A stretch of 62,355 nucleotides of DNA from an uncultured virus (IMG/VR IMGVR_UViG_3300009161_000002). Taxonomy: Duplodnaviria > Heunggongvirae > Uroviricota > Caudoviricetes. The stretch lies in IMG/VR virus record IMGVR_UViG_3300009161_000002; one strand, written 5' to 3'. Shown in pieces: positions 1 through 11,348 of this stretch; within the stretch, counting starts at the first letter, position 1, and each line of letters begins with the position of its first letter. A program made the position numbers and the translations under genes. A model generated the notes under the pieces. It saw nothing but the letters and a program-made list of their open reading frames with translations, was not told where the DNA came from and did not search any database.

Positions 1-3000
1 ACTTTCCACCCACCTTGTGATTGATAAACTTTTCTTTTAAAAGCTTCCATAAATAATCTTACTCTATCTTCAAGTAAAATTTCTGGATCATTAAAGAATT
101 GATTAAATAAATTCTCAAGTGGAGCAGCAGTAGCATTACCGTCAGCATCAACTCCAGGTTTTAATGGATTGTATATAAACGGATCTTTACCTAACATGTT
201 AGTCTCAACTTCTTCAGCAACTTGAGTAGATCGTGCTGGCATAGGATCATTAGGACCTCTATCTCTAAAAGTTCTACCTATGACATTACCATCTTCATCA
301 GTTACATCAACAAGTTCGTCTTGTTTGTTAATAATATATTCCTGTATGATATTAGTAGTTTGTTCTGCAATATTTCTGGGCTCAGATGCAGTTACTCTTG
401 CATTAAGATATCCAGTTAAACCTTCTATATCATCTTTTATGTTTGAAATGTCTTCTGGAGTCAGCTGTATAAACTCACCTTTCTTTTTAGTATTAGGATA
501 CTGGCCATCTTCTAAAAACTTTTGAAATCTTTTTACTATACTAGATATAGTATATGTAGTTGTTTGACCATTAATTTTTGTAGGAATAAATTTAAGAACA
601 GGAGGTTGAGCCAATCTTTGAGCTTTATCTAAAGCATTTTGTTTAGACTGCTCATTAAATGATTCAATTAAAGAACCTTGTGTTTCTAACCAGTTACTTC
701 TAAGTCTATCATATTCAATTGGATTATTCACTTTAATGTCTAATGTTTCCACTAAAACATTAACTAAATAATCATCAAATGCTTTTGTTATCTCATCTTG
801 AAATTCTAAATCAAAATCCTCAAACTCAGTTTTAGTTGAGTAGGTATCAGGAGTATTTTCATCTACACCTTTCTTTCTGAAATCATTTTTTACTTCAGCA
901 ATAAGATTGTCATACTTATCATTAATAGCATCTATTGCTTCTTGATAAGCTAAAAATTCTCTTGTTTTTGGTACATCAATTGTTGGAGCTGCAGGTTTTT
1001 TAGTTAACTCAGCATCAATTTGAGCAAGTCTTGTAGCAGCATATTCACCATAGATAACAGATTTAAGAGCAGCATCAATTCTTGTATTAAATGCTTCTTG
1101 TTGATCATCTATATCAGAAGTGTCATACTTTTGAGATAAATCAAAAATGTTTTTATTTTTTTGTTTATCATTCTTTTGTATCTCTTCCTGCTCACTAAAA
1201 AATTCTTGAGCATTAAGACCTTGTTTTTCTAAAACTTCTGTAGCAAGAACTTCAGAAGCAGCTTGAACATCTACATAATTATCAGAAGCTAATTTATCAA
1301 TAGCTTTTGTAACTAATTCTTTTTCCTGCTCAAGTGCTTTTCTTTCTTCATCTGTAAGTTCTTCACCAGCAAGACGTTCTGATTCTTGTTGTAAGTATTC
1401 TTCTTCAGTCAGACCGTATTTTTCTTTGAACCTATTATCATATTTAGATCTTTCAGCATTTAATAAATCACCTCTTTCATCCTCAAGTGTTTGAATTCTT
1501 TTATCAAGTACTTGCTTTTGTGTAAGTGGATCACCAGCTGGTTTTTTCTCAGAAAGTTCAGCAGCTTTTATAAATAATTCAATGTAATCTTCATAAACAA
1601 TAGAACCTTTATTAATCATTCTGTTATTTGTAACATCAATGAAGAACTCAGGTAAATATCTTGGATCTTTTGACCATTTAGAAAACTCCTCTAAATCAAC
1701 AAATATTCCTTGATCAGCTAATGTGTTTAATAAAGTATTTTTCTCAATAGCTGATATCTCTTGGTTTACAATATCTTTAACAATTTCTTCTCTATTATTA
1801 TAAAGATCCTTCATAAATTTGAAGTTTCTCATAATGTGCTCATAGAACTCTCTTGGATTAGATAGTAAATTTACATGTTCAGCAAGTCTTGCTGACTCAT
1901 TTCTTAATACATGTGTATCAAGCAAGCTATCAAATAATTCATCAATACCACCTAACTCTTGCAATTCTTGTTCTAATTGCATTCTTTTATCAAAACCACC
2001 AGCTAAACCAGTTAATAAATTAGAAAATGATTCTTTGTAATCTAAGAACTCATTACTTTCTCCATTGTCATACTGTTGTACAATTTGATCAATACTTGCT
2101 AAAGAAGCATCTTGATCTGACATACCTGGATTTTCTCTTAGTATTTCATTTTTAATATTATCAAGTAATGTTTTATTGACAAATAAATCCACAAGACTTT
2201 CCTGTCTTTCTTGGAAATTAGAATACAATTCAAGAAGTTCTCTTTTTCTTGATGCTTCACTAATTGATTCTGAAGTATTAAAAGATTCTAAGTTCTCTAC
2301 CTCAGTCTTTAACATTTCAACCTCTCTCTGTAATTTATTAGGATCAGTTAATGATGTAAAGTCAGAGAAGTTAGACTCTCTAATTGATGATAAGGAAGAT
2401 AAAGTTTCGTATAACTTCTTCTCTCTTTTTACATTGTTATCAAATGACTCATGTAAGAAAACATAATTATATAAAGCTTGATTGTATGCTTTATTATAAA
2501 TCTGAGCCATTCTATATTCTTCAGTATCTTTTTCATAGTCATCTAAGTTGGCCATGAATTTCATTTTAGATTTAGCAGTATCCCATCTGGTAGCAATCTT
2601 TTTTGCATTGTCTAATGACTGATCAAATCTTTCTAATGCCTTAGTACCTTGACCAGGAGCTAGACCCCATGCTTCCTCTAAGTCAGTTGCTGAAGCTTGT
2701 TTGTAATTTTCATAATGGTTTAAGAAAGAATTAAAGGTTCCGTTTTGTAATGAACCTAATACTGCAGATTGAAAAGCAGCAAACTCAGTATCTCTAATTT
2801 CTTTTGTAGTTTGATTTTCTGGATCATCTATTACTTTACCTAACAGAGATTGATTAACATAATTATTGATTCTATCGTCAAAGAAATACTGTGGATTTTT
2901 ATACATAGTATTTAATTGATCTACTACAGTATCAGCTAGTTCTTCTCTACCATCTAAGTACTCTTTATATGAAGAATCTTTTTTAAGATAATCATTGTAC

Positions 3001-4712
3001 CCAACAGTTGCATATTTTTTTATATGGCCAGGAGCTTGTAAAATAGAACCCATTAAGAATCCAGACAAAAATGTTTCAAGTCCTTGAGAACTGAATTGTT
3101 TTTTTACTGAGTCACCTAGTAAAGCAGTACTATATCTATAAGTTCTTGCATCAGGATTATTATATGTATCTACATAATAGTTTTGTGTAGCTTCCTGTAA
3201 TACATCTTGAGCTAACTCTTGACCACCTTCTACAACGTTTGCTTTAAAATAATTTAAACCAACTTTACCATATGTACCAGGTTTAGCCAAAGACTTAATA
3301 GCATTAACTAAGTTTATTCTCTGCTTAACAAAAGTACCTTCTAGTGCAGTCTTACCCGGTTGAAAAAGAATTTGGAAATCTTTCCCTACATTAGTAACCA
3401 CTTTACCAAAACTAAACTTTGGTGCTCCCTTTAAGAAACTAGCATTAGTAATTGAAGGAAACACATGTTTGTTAGAAAGAAATATAAGAGCTGTATTAGT
3501 AGCTGTATTTAAAAAGGCACCTTCAGATGATTGTCTCATCATACTCTCTTGTTCTTCTAAACTAGGCCCTTTACCATTATGGTCTTGTACAAATTTATTG
3601 TACAGTCTATCATATGTCTGAGCTCTTGTAAAACCTCCTTCAAGTTTACCTTCAGAAAGAGCCATGTTCAAGTTCATCATGTCATGCCACAATGCACCTG
3701 CAGTTGTTGCACTTCTTGCTAAGTTTGTAATGTTGTCAGTATTCTTTAACTGTTTGTATGCTTGTAATGTATTACCTAAAGGATTTATAAAGTTACCAAA
3801 GTTCTTAGCTGAAGAACCAAATAATTCTTTTGCTTTACTCAGGTTAGAAAAGTTCTTTACACTTGACAATAATTCTTTTGTACCTTTAGCAGCTTCTATT
3901 AATGATTTAGGAAGACTTCCTAGTTTGTTTAGGAAAGTAGTTCCTCCCTCAATAGCTCCAGTAGCAGCATTTCCACCACTAAATAAACCACCTATCAAAG
4001 CTCCTTCTACAGCACCTTCCATTAAGATACCCATTGAATAAGCTGCTGAGTTAAATAAGTTTACTGTAAAACCACCAGCACCACCTTTTGATGATGCTCC
4101 AATAGCATTAAAGTATTCATAATCTCTTGCACTTTCAGCACTGGCATCAAATAAACCATTACCATTTATTATACTTTTATAAGAATCAATAGGATCCAAA
4201 AATCCTTTAGTCAACATAGGCCATGCAGAATGTGTTGCCCATCTTGTTAGATCATCTCCAAATGTTGTATTCTGATTAAATAAAGCTTCATTATCAATAA
4301 GTGGATGAAATCCAATCTTATTGTATGTATCCTGACCGTAAGCTTTATACCTTGCTCTAAATGTTCCTTTAGGAGATGCATCAAAAGCATAAGGTTCAGC
4401 ATAGTTTCCTACATCTGATTTACTGTTTATGTCAGCCATACCTTTATCAAGCATAGCACCAAAACCACCTTGACTAACACCATTTACTCTAGCTGCTTTT
4501 ACAGATGAAGGATAATAGTCTGAAGATACACCTGCTGTATTATCCTTAATATAATTAGTAGGATTTACAAAATTGTCTTTCCAATTAATCTTTGGAGCAA
4601 GGGGTTGATCTACAGTTGCAGGATTTAAGAAATCACTTTTAGCCATCAACTCATTAAAAGCAGATGGTTGATTGTTTAAATTCTCTACAGTACTTAATGT
4701 TTCTTCAGCCAT
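1..4712 (-). CDS. Very large virion cargo/ejection protein (N-terminal 1570 aa; runs off the left edge)
   Basis: Not in the ORF track. ATG at 4712 (MAEETLSTVENLNNQ...) and frame open to position 3 (...KVYQSQGGWK). Gly/Ala-rich hydrophobic segments (MGILMEGAVEGALIGGLFSGG; FLSGFLMGSIL), an EGGQELAQDVLQ motif and long acidic helical regions. It follows the muzzle/cargo genes, as the giant ejected proteins do in crAss-like phages. Confidence 0.8.
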   Translation of the reverse strand, partial: MAEETLSTVENLNNQPSAFNELMAKSDFLNPATVDQPLAPKINWKDNFVNPTNYIKDNTAGVSSDYYPSSVKAARVNGVSQGGFGAMLDKGMADINSKSDVGNYAEPYAFDASPKGTFRARYKAYGQDTYNKIGFHPLIDNEALFNQNTTFGDDLTRWATHSAWPMLTKGFLDPIDSYKSIINGNGLFDASAESARDYEYFNAIGASSKGGAGGFTVNLFNSAAYSMGILMEGAVEGALIGGLFSGGNAATGAIEGGTTFLNKLGSLPKSLIEAAKGTKELLSSVKNFSNLSKAKELFGSSAKNFGNFINPLGNTLQAYKQLKNTDNITNLARSATTAGALWHDMMNLNMALSEGKLEGGFTRAQTYDRLYNKFVQDHNGKGPSLEEQESMMRQSSEGAFLNTATNTALIFLSNKHVFPSITNASFLKGAPKFSFGKVVTNVGKDFQILFQPGKTALEGTFVKQRINLVNAIKSLAKPGTYGKVGLNYFKANVVEGGQELAQDVLQEATQNYYVDTYNNPDARTYRYSTALLGDSVKKQFSSQGLETFLSGFLMGSILQAPGHIKKYATVGYNDYLKKDSSYKEYLDGREELADTVVDQLNTMYKNPQYFFDDRINNYVNQSLLGKVIDDPENQTTKEIRDTEFAAFQSAVLGSLQNGTFNSFLNHYENYKQASATDLEEAWGLAPGQGTKALERFDQSLDNAKKIATRWDTAKSKMKFMANLDDYEKDTEEYRMAQIYNKAYNQALYNYVFLHESFDNNVKREKKLYETLSSLSSIRESNFSDFTSLTDPNKLQREVEMLKTEVENLESFNTSESISEASRKRELLELYSNFQERQESLVDLFVNKTLLDNIKNEILRENPGMSDQDASLASIDQIVQQYDNGESNEFLDYKESFSNLLTGLAGGFDKRMQLEQELQELGGIDELFDSLLDTHVLRNESARLAEHVNLLSNPREFYEHIMRNFKFMKDLYNNREEIVKDIVNQEISAIEKNTLLNTLADQGIFVDLEEFSKWSKDPRYLPEFFIDVTNNRMINKGSIVYEDYIELFIKAAELSEKKPAGDPLTQKQVLDKRIQTLEDERGDLLNAERSKYDNRFKEKYGLTEEEYLQQESERLAGEELTDEERKALEQEKELVTKAIDKLASDNYVDVQAASEVLATEVLEKQGLNAQEFFSEQEEIQKNDKQKNKNIFDLSQKYDTSDIDDQQEAFNTRIDAALKSVIYGEYAATRLAQIDAELTKKPAAPTIDVPKTREFLAYQEAIDAINDKYDNLIAEVKNDFRKKGVDENTPDTYSTKTEFEDFDLEFQDEITKAFDDYLVNVLVETLDIKVNNPIEYDRLRSNWLETQGSLIESFNEQSKQNALDKAQRLAQPPVLKFIPTKINGQTTTYTISSIVKRFQKFLEDGQYPNTKKKGEFIQLTPEDISNIKDDIEGLTGYLNARVTASEPRNIAEQTTNIIQEYIINKQDELVDVTDEDGNVIGRTFRDRGPNDPMPARSTQVAEEVETNMLGKDPFIYNPLKPGVDADGNATAAPLENLFNQFFNDPEILLEDRVRLFMEAFKRKVYQSQGGWK

Positions 4713-4717
4713 TTTAA

Positions 4718-7700
4718 TTATTTGTTATATTGCCAAAAAGGGTTATTAGTTATAGCACTGAAATTTTGTTGTGCATTTGAAATAGCTTTTTGGTCTCCAG
4801 TTTGATGGATTCTTCTAAACATTTCAAAGTTCATAGCAGCTGCTTGATTTAAAATTGAATTCATATTTTGTTCTTTTCCTTCAATTTCTCTACCACTTTT
4901 AACATCTACTGCAAAGTATTTATAATGTGTATTTTTAGAACCATCTGGCATCATCTCATAGAATTCTCCAACACCTGAGTAATCTCCAACACCTGGTGTT
5001 TTCTCAATAGTATATTTACCATTACCAGCAGGATCACTATATTTAATTGGTCCCTGTCTTAGGAGGACTTCTGTAGGAGTTGGGAACTGTTTTGAAAATA
5101 ATGGATTGCTGTCCCAAATATTTTTAGGTGCAATAAATGTAATACCATTTTGGTAAATTTTATCAATTTTAGCTTTAAGGTCTTCTGGTTTACCACCATC
5201 TGACATACTTTCAATTACTTTTTCAATTACATCTCTCGGAGCTGTAAGTTTCATAGACCCAAGCTTAGTACTTTCCATTGACATATTTGTAGCATGAACC
5301 ATAAAAGGTTTTAATTCAGGATCTGAATTTAATCTTCCTTGAAGTTCTCTTACAATAGCAGTTGCTTCATTTTGTGTAACACCTGTATTTTCCCAGTCAT
5401 CATCTGAACCAGGCAAGTTATTTCCGTTAGTAGAAATTCTAAATTTATTTTTATCCTGATTCCAGTTTGTACTTAAAATAGTACTAAACATTTGAGAAGC
5501 TGCTTGATTTCCTGGATCCCAAGCAATACCTGGAGCAACCAATGTAGTACCAGTTTCTGCAGCTAAAGCTACTTTATTACCAGATCTTTGAGTTCCACTA
5601 ATAGGATATGTTTGTAAACCTGATTCAGGATTCATATCTTTTGCAAGTTCTTCAAATGAATTATCAAATACATCGGCTACCCAAGAAGCTTTATCTTTTA
5701 CATTTTCTCTACCATCACCAAGAATTCTTGGAAGTGTTGTTAATGGAACAACATAGTTATACCATTTTGATTCAGCTTTTTGATTTGTAGATTTTCCAAT
5801 ACTAAAACCTAGAATATGTGATATTTGTGCATCTACTTCAGGAGCCATTGCTTTAAATTCATCTGTATTACCATGACTATCTAAAGCATATTTAGACATC
5901 ATTAAGTTTACAGCTTGTTGAATTTTAGCATCATTAATATTTTTGTATGCTTCTGGATCTTTGGTTTTTACATTATTTATAATGTAATTTAAATCCTGTG
6001 TAAATTTAGTTTTGATTTTATCATAATTGTTATTTCTAACAACATTCATAGCATCATCAACTCTAGCAAGTTGATCTAACTTAATCATAGACTGATCTTT
6101 AAAATACTCTTGTGCTAATCCACTTCCAGAATGTTGAGCAGTCCAACTTTGCATCAAATTATTTACATTGTATATTTGACCTGAGTTAACCTTTTCAGAT
6201 GTAAACTTATTAGGATCAGCTTTATAACCACTCCAAATTTGATTCCATACTTTAACAATGTCTGGTTTGTAATTTTTACTTCCCTCTTTTAAAATTCTTT
6301 TTGCAGTTGGCTCACTTGGATTTAATTTTAAAACAAATTGAGCTAACTGAGCAGCACTAAATGAATCACTAGTTACACCGTTATTAATAAACTTCATTAA
6401 GTTATTTACTGGTTCAGTAGCATTTTGACTAATCATTTGATCTCTCATGTATTTATTTGCTGCATCAAGAGACATTTCTTCAGCTGTTGTTCCATCAGGT
6501 GTAACAAGATTAATATTAAAACCTTGACTTTGAGGGTTTGTATTTAATTGACCATCTTTAGTAAAGCCCCAGTATCCTTTTTTAACATTATAGTCTACAG
6601 CTTTTTGATACATTTTTGCTTGATTTGCTCTGTCTATTTCAGACTCTCTATCACTGTGAGCTTGTTTTTGTCTAGATCTAGCATGTTTATCTCTTAAAAA
6701 TTCTAAACCTACAGGGTTAGCTTTGTATTCAATTTCTTGATTAAGTGTTGCATAATTACCAGATGCTTTCATAATATCTTGTTCTGCTCTAACTGAAGCA
6801 AAACCAGCATCAACTTTTAATCTAGCTAATTCTATATCACCTAAGATATCTTCATCATAACCTTGTGCTGCAGCTGTAGATTGTTTATCATTAATCTGAT
6901 TATTTAACTTTTGTGCATTATCAGCTACAGTAGTATTAACAGCAAACAAATCTTCTAATGATTTACCATAGTTATTTTGTTGTGGATTTACATTACCATT
7001 ATTCACATCTTTTTCAAGATTACCTTGCAAACTTTTAGTAGTACTTAAATCATCTTGAGCTTTAACATTTTTATCAGAAGCATAATTTTTTAACCAATCA
7101 TATTTTTCTTTAATGTATTGTTTCTCAGCTTCTAATTTATTACCACCATACTTTTCTGCATTTTGATTTGCATAGTTCATTCTTTCTACAAATGCACTTT
7201 CTCTATACATGTCTTGTATGTCTGGTCTATTTGCATATTCTGCTAAGAACATATTCTGAAGTGTAGGTAATATCAACTCTCCATTTTTTTTTCTTACTAA
7301 ATATAAGCCAGATTGATCTGGTAATGTTTGAACAGATCCTACATTCATCTTTTTAGCTAAGTCCATATATTCTTGCACAGCATTTACAAAAGGTGTGTAC
7401 TGAGCATTACTCATATTTAAAGTTCCCTCTAAATCAGAATCTTTAAACATTTGTCTTCTCAACTCTAAACCTTGAATACCTGTACCCCACCATTGTTTTC
7501 TTTGTTTCTCATCTTGAGAATTCTTTAAAGCATTTGCTGAATTATATGTATTCTTCCAATTCTTTGTGTATGCCATATCTTTCATAAGATACTTATCTTC
7601 ATAGAAAGGTTTGAATACTTGCATAGCTTGAGTAACATTCTGCTCTAGAGAAAGGTCAAGTCCAGATACTCTTTTTAAATTAAAATCAATTTGTTTTAAA

Positions 7701-7900
7701 AGTTCATCTTTTTTCTTGATATTTAAATCATGTGTTAAGTCAGCACCATAAAGTTGACCATATAGATTATTTAGTGATTGCCAGTTTGTATCATACTGAG
7801 TTTGTTTAGTCTGCATCACATTTCCATAGAAATTTAAGTCAGGCTGAAACGGCTGATAATCTGGTATATAATCTGTGACTCCTTGTAAATACGTTGCCAT
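4718..7900 (-). CDS. Large putative virion cargo/ejection protein (1060 aa)
   Basis: Long ORF with N-terminal YQPFQPDLNF then helical/coiled-coil regions; lies in the cargo gene block; no catalytic motif recognised. Confidence 0.65.
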   Translation of the reverse strand: MATYLQGVTDYIPDYQPFQPDLNFYGNVMQTKQTQYDTNWQSLNNLYGQLYGADLTHDLNIKKKDELLKQIDFNLKRVSGLDLSLEQNVTQAMQVFKPFYEDKYLMKDMAYTKNWKNTYNSANALKNSQDEKQRKQWWGTGIQGLELRRQMFKDSDLEGTLNMSNAQYTPFVNAVQEYMDLAKKMNVGSVQTLPDQSGLYLVRKKNGELILPTLQNMFLAEYANRPDIQDMYRESAFVERMNYANQNAEKYGGNKLEAEKQYIKEKYDWLKNYASDKNVKAQDDLSTTKSLQGNLEKDVNNGNVNPQQNNYGKSLEDLFAVNTTVADNAQKLNNQINDKQSTAAAQGYDEDILGDIELARLKVDAGFASVRAEQDIMKASGNYATLNQEIEYKANPVGLEFLRDKHARSRQKQAHSDRESEIDRANQAKMYQKAVDYNVKKGYWGFTKDGQLNTNPQSQGFNINLVTPDGTTAEEMSLDAANKYMRDQMISQNATEPVNNLMKFINNGVTSDSFSAAQLAQFVLKLNPSEPTAKRILKEGSKNYKPDIVKVWNQIWSGYKADPNKFTSEKVNSGQIYNVNNLMQSWTAQHSGSGLAQEYFKDQSMIKLDQLARVDDAMNVVRNNNYDKIKTKFTQDLNYIINNVKTKDPEAYKNINDAKIQQAVNLMMSKYALDSHGNTDEFKAMAPEVDAQISHILGFSIGKSTNQKAESKWYNYVVPLTTLPRILGDGRENVKDKASWVADVFDNSFEELAKDMNPESGLQTYPISGTQRSGNKVALAAETGTTLVAPGIAWDPGNQAASQMFSTILSTNWNQDKNKFRISTNGNNLPGSDDDWENTGVTQNEATAIVRELQGRLNSDPELKPFMVHATNMSMESTKLGSMKLTAPRDVIEKVIESMSDGGKPEDLKAKIDKIYQNGITFIAPKNIWDSNPLFSKQFPTPTEVLLRQGPIKYSDPAGNGKYTIEKTPGVGDYSGVGEFYEMMPDGSKNTHYKYFAVDVKSGREIEGKEQNMNSILNQAAAMNFEMFRRIHQTGDQKAISNAQQNFSAITNNPFWQYNK

Positions 7901-7956
7901 AATTTATGTTTGTGTAAATCTATTAAAATTTTTTAAGTTTACTAAACCTTTAAAGT

Positions 7957-10900
7957 TTATAGTAAAAATGGTAGCCATGAACTAATATCAATATAACCAC
8001 TGTTGTCACGTACTGAACCACCTTTTTTTGTCTGTTGTTGTGATCCATATACACTGTTTATTATATTTGGATCTGGTACACCACTTCTACCTGGCTTACT
8101 TTGTGAATTCATAACTCTTGACATACATGCTGAATGATCTGTTGCATTAGGATTGTTTTGTTTACACCAATCCATTGCTTCTTGCATTGTCATAGCACTA
8201 CTAGCACCTCTACCATCAACTGTTTTAGGAGTAGGTTTAAAATCCATACGTCCACCAGAAGGTGCATTAACTGCATAGTTAGGATACATTTGATTTAATG
8301 CATCTGTTTTCCACTTATTAGTAATACCTTGAGTATAATAGTTTCTAACATTGTTTCTCATTGCTAATTTAGCATTATCAAACTGTTGATTAGCAATAGT
8401 ATTTTGATCATACAATCTTTGATTAGTTGCTTGTCTTAACATACTATTTTGATTTATAATATCATTTGCTTTTAATTCAAATTGATTAGCAATATTAACA
8501 TTAGAATTATTATACTTAGCTAATATGTCAGCAGCATTTTTAGCAGCAGAACCCTGAACACCTGATGATCTTAAACCTTGAGGTCCAGCAAACTGTGCTA
8601 AAGCATTTGTCTGAATAGCTGCTTGTTCACCATTAGCACCAAGTTCTCTTGTAGGATCTACAAATGTAGGTCTTGGTACACCCAATGATACATTAAAAGC
8701 AGCTGGCATTCTTTTCTTAAGACCCATTAGATCTCCAAATGCTCCTGTAGTTTTGATAGTATCTTGTAACCACATTCCAGGAGGTTCACCTGGTACAGGA
8801 ATATCTTGATCTTCTGTACAAGGAGGACAATTACCATTTACATCAACAGTCATCTCTATTACAGTACCATCAGCTTTTTGACATGGACATTTTTTTGGAA
8901 CTGGATTACATGTACAATTTCCTTGAGCATCATTTGGTTTATAATTAGGTTTATTTGGATCAAGACATTGACAAGGTTCTTCTCCAGGTATATCTTCAAA
9001 TTTTAATCCATGAATAGCTTGTTTTTGATCTTGTGTAGTGTTTGTATAATAGGCATCAATAGGAGATATGTTAGTAACAGCTTGACCTGTTTCATCATTA
9101 TATCCTGTTTGTTTTCCATAAGGAGTAAATCCAGCAAAGCTTGTAATACCTAACAATGACATTTGTGTGTCTTCATCATAGTTACCAGGATTTGCATCAA
9201 GATCTTTCATTAATCTATCTGCTGCAATAAAACCTGCTTGTTGTATGTATGCTTCCTCATCATAAGGTGAATCTGCAGAACCACTTCCAGTTTTTCTATT
9301 CATAGGTAAACCCATGTCTTGAGAAACTGATTGAAGAGATGTAAAACCTGCAGTTTTAATTTTATTATACATGTCTTGAACTTCACTATCTGTTAAATTG
9401 GGATTAGCTTCTTTCACAACATCTTTAAAACCTCTTCTATCTCCTTTTGCATCACCAGAACTTTCAAAGCCTCTTAAGTCACCATTATTATCCTTATACA
9501 TCCAAGAACCATAAAGAGGAATACCTAACTTATCTTTATAAGTTGTAGTTTTCAAGTTACGTTCTTGCATCCTAAGATACTTATTTACAATTTCATCATC
9601 ACTTAATTGACTTGGATCTTTACCAAATCTTTGTTGATAAGTTTTAGAAAAAGCACCACTTTTACCTTTGTATGCTTGTTGGTCTGTTAAAGTATTTCTT
9701 ACTTGTTTTGCAAATGTAGCTTTAGCTTTTGGATCATTAAATGTTTGTGTTAGTGCTTCATATGTAGCAGCAGCAACTTGATTACCATTCCACTTATCTA
9801 AATCAGAACCTGAGTATTTATCATAACCTGTTGCAGAAACTTTTTGTTCTACTTTTTTACCATCAGGTTGTATAACATAAATTTTTTCTTTACCTCTTCC
9901 TGATTGAACATAAGCTCTTCTTAATGCTTGTTGAAATTCAGCATCAGTTTTATAATCAGCACGTTTAACTTCAATACCATCTCTAGCTTTAACCATACGT
10001 GTTATAGGACCAGATGCAGGAATTCTTTTAGGTCTTCCTTGATAGTTTTGAGATATACCTGTACCCATTGACATACCATACTCTGCTTCTGGCATATCAT
10101 AGAAAGGCATATCATAACCACCCATAGACATTCCATAAGCAGCCATTGGTGGTGCCATTTGTTCTTCTTCCATAGGAGGTTGTTGACTCATTGCTTGTTC
10201 TTGTCCACCTTGAGCTTGGGACATAACTTCTTGAATAAGACCTACTGCCTCTTCTTGAGCTACACCCATTTGTGTAAATACTTGTACTATAGCTTCAGGT
10301 GGAAGACCATTTTGTAATAGACTCATAACAACTTGAGCAGGTTCAGCACCTCTTTGTAAAGCACCTTGAACTTCTTGTATAATCTGCATCATCTCATCTT
10401 GACCACCACCTTGAGGACCTTGTTGACCTTGTTGAGCTTGTGCTTGTTGTTCCATCATTGCCATTTCTTCAGGAGATGGTTGTTGCATACCTTCTGCAGC
10501 CCTTCTTAATCTTCTCATACCACCACCATACATCATCATCATTTCTTGTTGAGACATTGGTTGTTCTTGAGCTTGTGCAACTGGTTGACCTTGATTCATT
10601 TCTTGAGCTTGCATCATTTGATTTTGCTCATTCTCTGATTCCATAGTCTGATCTGAATTTTCCTGTTGTTTCATTTGTTTCTTCAACTGGTCATTCAATA
10701 CACTAATCTCTTTAGATGGTAAGATCTGTTCTTCTGTAAGACCTCTAGCATCCATACAAGGTTTAGCAACAGCAGGAATTCCTTGAGGGAAACCTTTCAT
10801 TGATTCTTGTGCTAAAGCTAAACATCCTAACTTAATAACATATTTTTTCATCATTAATTCAGCAGACTTTCTTTCTATAGCATCAGTATCAGGATCTTCT

Positions 10901-11340
10901 AAGATTTTTCTGTATTTCTGAATATCATATTGTTTAGCAAGTTCTGCAGGAGTAAAAGATTTACCCTTACCTGTTTTACCAAACATAGCAAGTACATTAG
11001 GATCTTTTATCATCATACCTCTCGTATCACTGAAAATAAAAGTATCTTCTGGTAAACTTAATGGTACACCACCAGCACTATGTCTTGGTCCTTTTATGAA
11101 TTGATGTTCTGCTAATCCATCACCGTTGATGTCCCCGTATACAGTTTCACCACCTTCTGCTTCTAAGTTAGCTTCATCTCTTGGTACAGCAGTAATATAC
11201 TTACTAGCTATAAGTTTAGGCTTTCCTATATAAGCATTATAGTCTGCTCCACCCATTGCTGGAACATCATTTACTAAAGCACCTTGGACTTGATATCCTG
11301 TTTTTGCTTGAGGTAATTTCTTAATTCTAACTTTTATCAT
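7957..11340 (-). CDS. Virion cargo protein, crAss cargo protein 1-like (1127 aa)
   Basis: ANLEAEGGETV...KGPRHSAGGVP...FIFSD motif of crAss-like cargo proteins; Q/M/E-rich low-complexity tract; Cys cluster; Asn/Gln/Ala-rich helical C-terminus. Confidence 0.65.
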   Translation of the reverse strand: MIKVRIKKLPQAKTGYQVQGALVNDVPAMGGADYNAYIGKPKLIASKYITAVPRDEANLEAEGGETVYGDINGDGLAEHQFIKGPRHSAGGVPLSLPEDTFIFSDTRGMMIKDPNVLAMFGKTGKGKSFTPAELAKQYDIQKYRKILEDPDTDAIERKSAELMMKKYVIKLGCLALAQESMKGFPQGIPAVAKPCMDARGLTEEQILPSKEISVLNDQLKKQMKQQENSDQTMESENEQNQMMQAQEMNQGQPVAQAQEQPMSQQEMMMMYGGGMRRLRRAAEGMQQPSPEEMAMMEQQAQAQQGQQGPQGGGQDEMMQIIQEVQGALQRGAEPAQVVMSLLQNGLPPEAIVQVFTQMGVAQEEAVGLIQEVMSQAQGGQEQAMSQQPPMEEEQMAPPMAAYGMSMGGYDMPFYDMPEAEYGMSMGTGISQNYQGRPKRIPASGPITRMVKARDGIEVKRADYKTDAEFQQALRRAYVQSGRGKEKIYVIQPDGKKVEQKVSATGYDKYSGSDLDKWNGNQVAAATYEALTQTFNDPKAKATFAKQVRNTLTDQQAYKGKSGAFSKTYQQRFGKDPSQLSDDEIVNKYLRMQERNLKTTTYKDKLGIPLYGSWMYKDNNGDLRGFESSGDAKGDRRGFKDVVKEANPNLTDSEVQDMYNKIKTAGFTSLQSVSQDMGLPMNRKTGSGSADSPYDEEAYIQQAGFIAADRLMKDLDANPGNYDEDTQMSLLGITSFAGFTPYGKQTGYNDETGQAVTNISPIDAYYTNTTQDQKQAIHGLKFEDIPGEEPCQCLDPNKPNYKPNDAQGNCTCNPVPKKCPCQKADGTVIEMTVDVNGNCPPCTEDQDIPVPGEPPGMWLQDTIKTTGAFGDLMGLKKRMPAAFNVSLGVPRPTFVDPTRELGANGEQAAIQTNALAQFAGPQGLRSSGVQGSAAKNAADILAKYNNSNVNIANQFELKANDIINQNSMLRQATNQRLYDQNTIANQQFDNAKLAMRNNVRNYYTQGITNKWKTDALNQMYPNYAVNAPSGGRMDFKPTPKTVDGRGASSAMTMQEAMDWCKQNNPNATDHSACMSRVMNSQSKPGRSGVPDPNIINSVYGSQQQTKKGGSVRDNSGYIDISSWLPFLL

Positions 11341-11348
11341 CGGGTTAT

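Noticed and set aside
222..4041. Plus-strand ORFs (222, 280, 2176, 3664) and similar short plus-strand ORFs across the window
   Set aside because: Antisense shadows of long minus-strand genes, with no motifs or independent signals.
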